Assembly: GCA_003231035.1 (NCBI GenBank)
Contig: QIHU01000303.1
Span: 1-39,639, forward strand
DNA from: Acidobacteriota bacterium
GTDB lineage: Bacteria > Acidobacteriota > Thermoanaerobaculia > Multivoradales > SZUA-115
Direction: 5' to 3'
Length of the DNA stretch: 39,639 nt
The notes beneath the pieces are model-generated. The model was not told the origin of the DNA. It searched no databases and worked only from the letters and a program-made list of their open reading frames with translations. Shown in pieces: positions 17,779 to 23,475 of the stretch. The translations under genes and the position numbers were made by a program. Numbering within the stretch: the stretch's first letter is position 1; each line of letters starts with the position of its first letter.

Positions 17779-18228
17779 ATGGTTCGCAAGCTAGATGACT
17801 TGATCGATGAGTTCGCATCAGATTTTGACGGCAACATGAAGTCAGATGAAGTTGCGAATGACCGGAGCCGGAAGCGAAGAGACGACTTCTGCGATGCATT
17901 CCTTCAGTGGCATCGATCTACCCTGTTGCCTTTGCTTGAGCGCGCAGGGTCAAGGATCGAGGAAAAGTCAGAGTTCCTACAGACGTCTGTAGGCCCTAAT
18001 CCACTTGGGCTTGATGGCACGACTCTTAGGGTCTTCAGACGAAGCGACACAAGCAATCTTTCCGGTTGGTCCATGACCTTCTTGAAGCACTTCGAGTCAC
18101 TGAAGGTAAAGGTTTTAATTGATATGCCCGGAAAAGACACAGAAGACTTTTCCGTTGATGCTTTGACGGAAGAGCGCCTTGACGAGCTGATTGCTGAGTT
18201 CTTGCGGATGATTTCTATTCGCCGCTAG
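17779..18228 (+). CDS. Hypothetical protein (149 aa), passenger gene
   Basis: AAGGAG RBS lies 9 nt before ATG 17779, encoding MVRKLDDLIDEFASDFDGNMKSDEVANDRSRKRRDDF... The GC content is low. No motif is recognised. Its stop codon overlaps the stop of the convergent transposase gene. The ORF track opens at 17704. Confidence 0.55.
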   Translation: MVRKLDDLIDEFASDFDGNMKSDEVANDRSRKRRDDFCDAFLQWHRSTLLPLLERAGSRIEEKSEFLQTSVGPNPLGLDGTTLRVFRRSDTSNLSGWSMTFLKHFESLKVKVLIDMPGKDTEDFSVDALTEERLDELIAEFLRMISIRR

Positions 18229-19190
18229 ATCGATGCCGCTAGCAGATCGCCCATCGACCACGGCGCCCGTGTGACTCCGGCCTTCATCGCCGGGGTCATG
18301 CGGATCGACCGATGCATCTTGCAGAGGTTGTAGCTCGCGAAGTGCAGGGCGAACGCGGCGCGGAGGTTCTCCCACTTCTTGGAGAATGCACAGGTTAGGC
18401 GGGTCATCCGCTTCATGTGGGTGCGGATGGTGAGGTTCGACCGCTCAACGTGGCTAGTGCAGATCCGCGCTTCGTCAGGCGCGCCGTGGATGGCTCGCTT
18501 CTCAATGGCTATTATCGAGGCGGGAGAATACCGCCGCTGATCTTCCTTCGTGGTGGAGCCGTACTGCTTGATGACCTGGCCGTAGTCCACTCGTGTTCCC
18601 AGGTGGTAGCTGATGGCTTCCGGGTAGGAGTCGAGGCCATCGGTGGAGAGTTGGAAGCGGCCGGCCGTGGCCTTGTCCAGTGCCTCGCAAAAGGCGTCAG
18701 CGTGCATCGCGGTACGGGAGCCGAGCCGGTGGGTGAGAATCATCTTGCTCTCGCGGTCAATGGCTGTCCAACACCAAGCATCACCAAGGTGGTGGCTGTC
18801 GATCTTCCTACCGGTCTTGGTCTTCTGCTTCATCCCGACGAAACCCCAAATCTCATCTGCTTGAACATCGTTGACCTCGACGCCCACCACCAGGCGCTCA
18901 AGGAGTTCGCCGCAGCGGTCGCCGACGGTGCGCAGCAGGCGACACACGGTGTCTCTGTGCGTCCCGGTTACGCGCTCGATAGCGCGGATGCTGGAACCCT
19001 CGACTAGGAGGTTGAGAACCAGGATGGCCCGCTCTAGCGGGATGCGGTGGTTGCCCAGCGGGCGGGCCGGCCGGTTGGCGAAGGTCGAGCCGCAAGCCTT
19101 GCACTTGAACCGCTGGTGGCCGTTGCGATCCGCTCCCCACTTGATGGCGTCGCCGGAGCATTTCGGGCAATTGGTGTGTGTCGTTTCCAT
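18225..19190 (-). CDS. IS1-family transposase, single ORF (zinc finger + HTH + DDE)
   Basis: N-terminal CPKCSG...CKACG zinc finger and HTH SSIRAIERVTGTHRDTVCRLLRTVG. DDE candidates are VQADEIWGFVG, LSTDGLDSYPEA and HVERSNLTIRTHMKRMTRLTCAFSKKWENL. The last closely parallels E. coli IS1 InsB [25 protein letters not shown]. Confidence 0.88.
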   Translation of the reverse strand: METTHTNCPKCSGDAIKWGADRNGHQRFKCKACGSTFANRPARPLGNHRIPLERAILVLNLLVEGSSIRAIERVTGTHRDTVCRLLRTVGDRCGELLERLVVGVEVNDVQADEIWGFVGMKQKTKTGRKIDSHHLGDAWCWTAIDRESKMILTHRLGSRTAMHADAFCEALDKATAGRFQLSTDGLDSYPEAISYHLGTRVDYGQVIKQYGSTTKEDQRRYSPASIIAIEKRAIHGAPDEARICTSHVERSNLTIRTHMKRMTRLTCAFSKKWENLRAAFALHFASYNLCKMHRSIRMTPAMKAGVTRAPWSMGDLLAASI

Positions 19191-19196
19191 GTCCCT

Positions 19197-19225
19197 ACTG
19201 TACTCCCTTTAGGAGTACAAGTCAA
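19197..19225 (-). promoter_or_regulatory. Putative transposase promoter with an embedded 8-5-8 palindrome
   Basis: The minus strand reads TTGACT, a 17-nt spacer, TACAGT, then AGGGAC and ATG. The -10 therefore ends 6 nt before the start codon, giving leaderless geometry. The palindrome TGTACTCC-CTTTA-GGAGTACA (19199-19219) covers the spacer and part of the -10. Confidence 0.5.
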
Positions 19226-19260
19226 GAGATTGAGAAGAGGAATCCTCAGAAATCTTGGTA

Positions 19261-19289
19261 TTGACATGGCGTTACGATGGGAGTACATT
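19261..19289 (+). promoter_or_regulatory. Putative promoter of the RHH gene
   Basis: TTGACA (19261-19266), a 17-nt spacer, TACATT (19284-19289), then GGGAGC and ATG 19296. The geometry matches the divergent transposase promoter. The half-site GGAGTACA recurs at 19280-19287. Confidence 0.5.
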
Positions 19290-19295
19290 GGGAGC

Positions 19296-19460
19296 ATGAA
19301 GGAAGCGCGAATACAGGATGAGAGATTGCAGGTCAGATGCACGGCGGAAGAGAAGGCGACACTGCATGCGGCGGCAAAGCTAGAGAACCGAAACCTCTCG
19401 AACTTTGTTCTAACAGCAGCGCTTGAGCGAGCGCGTACGGAACTCAAGAAGGAGAAGTAG
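19296..19460 (+). CDS. Ribbon-helix-helix protein of the DUF1778/TacA antitoxin type, truncated to the DNA-binding domain (54 aa)
   Basis: MKEARIQDERLQVRCTAEEKATLHAAAKLENRNLSNFVLTAALERARTELKKEK matches the DUF1778 RHH pattern (beta strand R-L-x-V-R, EEK..L..AA...G.S.S.F). It ends where TacA-type antitoxins begin their toxin-binding tail. An alternative ATG at 19266 lacks an RBS. Confidence 0.65.
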   Translation: MKEARIQDERLQVRCTAEEKATLHAAAKLENRNLSNFVLTAALERARTELKKEK

Positions 19461-19660
19461 GGCGGCGCGTAGGGATCGGACCTCGACCGCCCTACGGCTA
19501 GATATCTGCGACCGTGGCAGATACGGCCGATGCCGCTTCCACCCGATCGCTCTTGGAGCCTCTTGGGCCACCTCGCACCGCCTTTCCAGTTGCGGCACAG
19601 CCCTGCGAGCGGATACAATCCACCCGATGAAATCAATGGCAGGGCTGCTGCCTGGTTTCT

Positions 19661-19690
19661 GAAACGCCACCTCGTAACAGGTGGCGTTTC
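19661..19690. terminator. Perfect 12-bp stem hairpin between convergent genes
   Basis: GAAACGCCACCT-CGTAAC-AGGTGGCGTTTC. The U tract is poor on both strands (GCGTT on plus). It may be a bidirectional terminator or a protein-binding/nick-site hairpin. Confidence 0.45.
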
Positions 19691-19784
19691 GCGTTAGCGG
19701 GGTCTACTTCGCCCCGACCTCAGCATCGTAAGTGAGCGATGCCGGCCTGTCAAGCGGGCTAAGTCTATGAAAACAATAGGCTTA

Positions 19785-20630
19785 CTAGCGTCTTGTCCCG
19801 GACGAAAAGGATGACTTATCCCGTTCTTCTTCGATATTTACAGATTTTGTCCCGTCTTTTTTGGAGACTGTCCCGCTGTTTGAGTTACCTTGTCCCGTAA
19901 CCGGGCTCAGCCTGTCCCGAAGTGCGGAAATCGAATCTCTTGCCCAAAAAAAGTCGTATACGGCGACACGGCGCTCTTCAAGGCGGTCCTCCTCGCCATG
20001 CAAGCGTTTCAGCTCCGAGAGAATCTCCTCCTCCTCGAAGAAACCCTTCTCTCGAAGTGAAGGCACGAGCCGGTCAGCGTGACCGGCTAGGAACTCTTGC
20101 ATCTCCTTCAGCTCTGCCTTGATGCTCTCGACAAGTGAGCCCAGCTCAGGGTCTGCCGGGTCGATGCCGAGCCTTCGGAGTTTCTCCGCCGCCGGCTCTA
20201 GGCTTCTCTCTGCCTCCTCCAGAGCCCTTCTCTCGTTGGCAAAGATGTTCTTCACGCCCCGTTCTTGAAATTCAGGAACCGGAGGACCCGTGGGCAAGGT
20301 GCCTTTCTTCTTAGCGCGGCGAAACGCTCTTCGAAGGCGCTCATAGTGGCGCTTTGGTGGATCCAGATTCCGCTTTCGAATGAGCCGCCAGACAGCAGCC
20401 TCCTGTTCGAGGCCATCTACCTCAATCAAGCGCCTTATCTGGTAGAGCTCGGCGTGCTTTTCCGACTTGGAGCTCCGATATCTCTCATCGGATGGCAAGG
20501 GGTTGCACCTCCACCTGGTGCCCACAAAGAAAAGCGGCGCGGCATTCCGGGCTGTGGGAGCCCAGCGTTCGGGGATCAACCTAGCCGCGCCGAAGATTGA
20601 GGCGATTCTACAGGAGGGGGCGGCGGTCAA
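19785..20630 (-). CDS. Hypothetical charged, helix-rich protein (up to 281 aa; start uncertain), passenger gene
   Basis: A long ORF lies 45 nt downstream of the DUF3800-like gene on the same strand. The basic patch RRAFRRAKKKG is followed by acidic helical segments (ERRALEEAERSLEPAAEKLRRLG, EEEILSELKRLHGEEDRLEERR). The last ~45 codons are encoded by the repeat array and read as low-complexity SGT/DGT/RDK. No internal ATG occurs before residue 176, so an alternative start codon is likely. Confidence 0.5.
   Translation of the reverse strand: MTAAPSCRIASIFGAARLIPERWAPTARNAAPLFFVGTRWRCNPLPSDERYRSSKSEKHAELYQIRRLIEVDGLEQEAAVWRLIRKRNLDPPKRHYERLRRAFRRAKKKGTLPTGPPVPEFQERGVKNIFANERRALEEAERSLEPAAEKLRRLGIDPADPELGSLVESIKAELKEMQEFLAGHADRLVPSLREKGFFEEEEILSELKRLHGEEDRLEERRVAVYDFFWARDSISALRDRLSPVTGQGNSNSGTVSKKDGTKSVNIEEERDKSSFSSGTRR
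19793..19919 (+). repeat. Array of six phased direct repeats, consensus (T/C)TGTCCCG
   Basis: Copies start at 19793 TTGTCCCG, 19816 TTATCCCG, 19847 TTGTCCCG, 19868 CTGTCCCG, 19890 TTGTCCCG and 19912 CTGTCCCG. All share one orientation. Spacings are 23, 31, 21, 22 and 22 bp, with AT-rich spacers. Confidence 0.85.
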
Positions 20631-20675
20631 CGCGGCGGGAGGGCTACTCGGAAGCCGTGGACGGTGGCGGATCTG

Positions 20676-21545
20676 CTAACTGATTTCTGAGTCGAGGTCC
20701 GAATTGATTTTCTCGCCGTACGCTTGAATCTGCGCGAAGTACTCACGAAGAATCCGACTTCTTGGTGTTAGGTGCTGCGCCTTGAACTTGATGCGCTTGC
20801 CCATGATCAGATTGCGAAATTCAGGCCGCGAAGGCTCCTTGCCACTGTCAAGGTGTTCACCCTTGAATCGTCCGTATTCCCACGCGAGTAGATCGGCTGC
20901 CTGAAGGACTGTTGAGTCCTGCTTTCCGACGAATGCGTGGGAGTGGTAGTGATATGCACGGCGCAATGTAGCGTCTCGCCTCACGAGGTGCATCAAAGCG
21001 TCGGCGTCGCCTTGCGGACCTTCGTTTCCCTGCTCAAAGAGATAGGAAACGACATCTGTCCTCTTATCCTTGTCCAGGTGCGCACCGACCGCAGCGAGAC
21101 AGAAGTGGGCACAAAGTGGGTACGCGCGGTTGAATCCGCGCACCTTAGGAAGGTATGGTTCGATCTCGGTGAGGTTGCAGGCGACTGCTACCCCGAACTG
21201 AGCGTACTTTGCAATAATTTCGACAGCTTGATCCTGAAGCCGTTGCGACGCTTCGCGCCCTCTCAGGTGCTTAAACTGTCGATTTCTGTGTACAACCTCC
21301 ACCATGTGGAAGATCCGGCCACAAGTAAGCATCTCTTTCCACTCAGACTGAAAACGCGCAGCCTGACCCTTGGTGAATACGAAGCCAGCCACGCAGAAAG
21401 TGCCGTCTGGCCTCTGCGATTCGTCGAAGTAGGCTTTCAGCATGCAGGCTAGGCCGCCGTCCCTTGGGAGAAGGTCGTTAAGGTCGAAACCCAAGAAGTC
21501 TAGCGCATCGCTCGTGGCTACACTGGCCCCCCGCCCGCTACTCAT
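20676..21545 (-). CDS. DUF3800-like protein, passenger gene
   Basis: MLKAYFDESQRPDGTFCVAGFVF and LQAADLLAWEY match the two hallmark DUF3800 motifs as I remember them (N-terminal DES, C-terminal Q.aDl.a). Start is taken at ATG 21545 (GGGGGAAGG RBS), 17 nt inside the right IR. ATG 21443 would start directly at the conserved core and is an alternative. Confidence 0.6.
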   Translation of the reverse strand: MSSGRGASVATSDALDFLGFDLNDLLPRDGGLACMLKAYFDESQRPDGTFCVAGFVFTKGQAARFQSEWKEMLTCGRIFHMVEVVHRNRQFKHLRGREASQRLQDQAVEIIAKYAQFGVAVACNLTEIEPYLPKVRGFNRAYPLCAHFCLAAVGAHLDKDKRTDVVSYLFEQGNEGPQGDADALMHLVRRDATLRRAYHYHSHAFVGKQDSTVLQAADLLAWEYGRFKGEHLDSGKEPSRPEFRNLIMGKRIKFKAQHLTPRSRILREYFAQIQAYGEKINSDLDSEIS

Positions 21546-21561
21546 CCCCGCCGCCTTCCCC

Positions 21562-21587
21562 CGCCCACACACTGTTAGGACACCACC
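21562..21587 (-). repeat. Right terminal inverted repeat (IRR)
   Basis: CGCCCACACACTGTTAGGACACCACC is the reverse complement of IRL with one mismatch. Confidence 0.92.
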
Positions 21588-21595
21588 CGGCAGGT
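21588..21595. repeat. Target-site duplication, right copy (CGGCAGGT)
   Basis: Identical to 17190-17197 and directly abuts the IRR. Confidence 0.9.
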
Positions 21596-22790
21596 TCCGG
21601 TGGGTGAGATGCTGGGTAGCATGCGCACCGTGGGGTATCCACTCTTCTTGCGGGCGGTCGAGAGCGCTTGTGGCGAGCTGCTTTGCCTGCCGGCTGTACA
21701 GTTGTTGCTATACGGTTTTTCGGTGGTGCTACTCTGCGCGGCGCTGGAACGGTTTGGCCTCTCCGCCTTGGCAGCGGTCGTGGCTACCACCCCTCTTCTC
21801 TATTCCTCGTTGGTCGTGCACTTGGCGCCTTCGGCCATGACCGAGGTTCCGGCCTCGGCCTTTGGCTTGGTTGCGTTGTCCGCGCTGCTTGGCCTGTCGC
21901 TGGCGCGGGGGCGGGCGGTTGGCCTCTGGATCCTCTTTGGGGCCACCCTCTTGGTGGCCTACCAGATTCGACCGGCGTTCCTATTCCTGGTTCCACTCAG
22001 TCCGCTGGCCGTTCTGGTCTGGAGCCGTTCTCTACGTCGTGCCGGGGTCGTCCTGCTGGTGGCGGTGGTGCCCTTCTTGGCTTTCAGCTTCTTGCGCTGG
22101 GTGGTGGTGGGGCACTTCGGGCTGGTCGGTTTTGCGGGCTACAATCTCTCGGGTATCGCTACGTCCATGGTGGGAGACGAGGTGATCGAAGTTCTGCCCG
22201 CTGAGGATCAAGAGCTAGCCTCCCGTATCCTCGCGCAACGCCAAGCCCGTGGCTTGCCGCCGCTCACCGCCTCCTCTCCGTACGACGACTGGCAGGAGTC
22301 CTTCAACATTAACGCGTGGAAGATCGCCATTCCCCAGGCACGCGGGTTGTGGAGGGAGTTTTACTCCGACCGCCCCCCTGAGATTCCGCGCGATCTGTTT
22401 GTCGATCGGCGGCTCAGTCGATTCTCGATCTCCGTGATCCGCCAGCGACCGCGTTTGTATGCGGTTTGGCTAGCTCGGTCGTGGTTGCGAGCCTTGCGGT
22501 TGACCGCCGCCAAACCTTGGATCTGGCTGCCGGCGTTGCTGTGCCTATTCAGCGCGGCAGTTTGTCGTTGGCGTTGCCAGAAAGGGGGGTGGAGCGGTGC
22601 CGGAGCGGCTCTGAACTTCCTGCTGCTGGCGGTCGCGTTCTATCTCGCCTCCCTCGCCCTCACCCTGCTGGTTGAACCACCGGAGTGGCGCTACCTGGCC
22701 TCGGCCGAACTTCTTCTGCCCGGTGCGATGTTGGCCGCGGCGGTGGAGCTTTGGCGCTCTGGATCGGGGAAGGGAGCGGTCGAGCGGTGA
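21596..22790 (+). pseudogene. 3' fragment of the interrupted membrane GT-C-like gene
   Basis: The open frame (ORF track 21600-22790) encodes many TM helices: GSMRTVGYPLFLRAVESACG..., AYQIRPAFLFLVPLSPL. The frame is continuous with 17052-17197 after excision: ...LYVKLARQ-V-PVGEMLGSMRTVGYPLFL. Confidence 0.75.
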
Positions 22791-22792
22791 GG

Positions 22793-23458
22793 TCAACCGA
22801 GGGTGGCGGCGAAGAGGGCGATGGCCTCGATTGCCGTGGCCAGATGTTCTTCCTGGGAGCGGCCGGATCGCTTGCGCGGTTTGAAAGAGTGGTCCCCGTC
22901 GTCCAGCCAGTGGAGCTGGATCGAGGGTGAAAGAGGGTAGCCGTCAACCTCTTCGGGCTTGCCGAACGGATCGCGGGTACCCTGGAGGATGAGGGTCGGG
23001 GTGGCGAGATCGGCCAGGTGGGCGGTGCGGGTTTTCTCTGGGCTACGCGGAGGGTGGAAGGGATAGCCGAGGCAGACCAGGCCGTCGACGCCGAGAGAGT
23101 CCGCGACATGGCTGGCGACGCGGCCACCCATCGACTTGCCGCCGATGATCAGTCGCGTGGCCTTGCGCCCGCGCGACCCCGTTGCGCCAGCCAGTTGCTC
23201 GACCGCTTGGCGCCAGCACGCTTCGAGCTCCGGCATCCGGTTGGGGGGGCGGCGCGATCCACCGTGGCGGCGTTGGGCCATGTAGGGAAACTCGAAGCGG
23301 GCAACTCGCAGACCGAGGCGGGCGAGGCCATCGGCGAGGGTGGCCATGAAGGGGGTGTCCATCGGTGCTCCGGCGCCGTGTGCCAAGACAACCATACAGG
23401 GCGTGTAGAGCGGCGACTCGCCAGAGGGTTCGTCGAAAAGGAACTCAATCGGCGCCAT
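22793..23458 (-). CDS. Alpha/beta hydrolase (KANL3/Tex30-like, COG3571-type)
   Basis: MAPIEFLF...VVLAHGAGAPMDTPFM...LIIGGKSMGGRVAS...LILQGTRDPFG...GDHSF. Start is taken at ATG 23458. The upstream ORF extension overlaps the serC 3' end. Confidence 0.75.
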   Translation of the reverse strand: MAPIEFLFDEPSGESPLYTPCMVVLAHGAGAPMDTPFMATLADGLARLGLRVARFEFPYMAQRRHGGSRRPPNRMPELEACWRQAVEQLAGATGSRGRKATRLIIGGKSMGGRVASHVADSLGVDGLVCLGYPFHPPRSPEKTRTAHLADLATPTLILQGTRDPFGKPEEVDGYPLSPSIQLHWLDDGDHSFKPRKRSGRSQEEHLATAIEAIALFAATLG

Positions 23459-23475
23459 GGTGATCGCTCTTGGCC

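Larger units (their letters stand above)
17198..21587. mobile_element. 4,390-bp IS1-family transporter IS / unit transposon with passenger genes
   Basis: The 26-bp terminal inverted repeats match 25/26 and begin GGTGGTG, fitting the IS1-family end consensus GGnnnTG. A perfect 8-bp direct repeat flanks them. A single-ORF IS1-like DDE transposase lies inside. The host ORF is restored in frame on excision. Hand-counted 60-nt samples of the cargo give 47% GC (17761-17820, 20701-20760) against 58% in a flanking sample (12201-12260). Confidence 0.9.

Noticed and set aside
19423-19662. 79-aa ORF immediately downstream of and overlapping the RHH gene, considered as the missing GNAT toxin.
   Set aside because: The sequence (MSERVRNSRRRSRAARRDRTSTALRLDICDRGRYGRCRF...) is Arg/Cys-rich and has no acetyl-CoA-binding or GNAT-like motifs. 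It is too short and has no RBS.
19793-19919. Whether the direct-repeat array could be a CRISPR array or simple microsatellite.
   Set aside because: The repeat unit is only 8 nt with 13-23-nt spacers, far below CRISPR dimensions. It is not tandem-contiguous, so it is not a microsatellite. It is kept as an iteron-like array instead.
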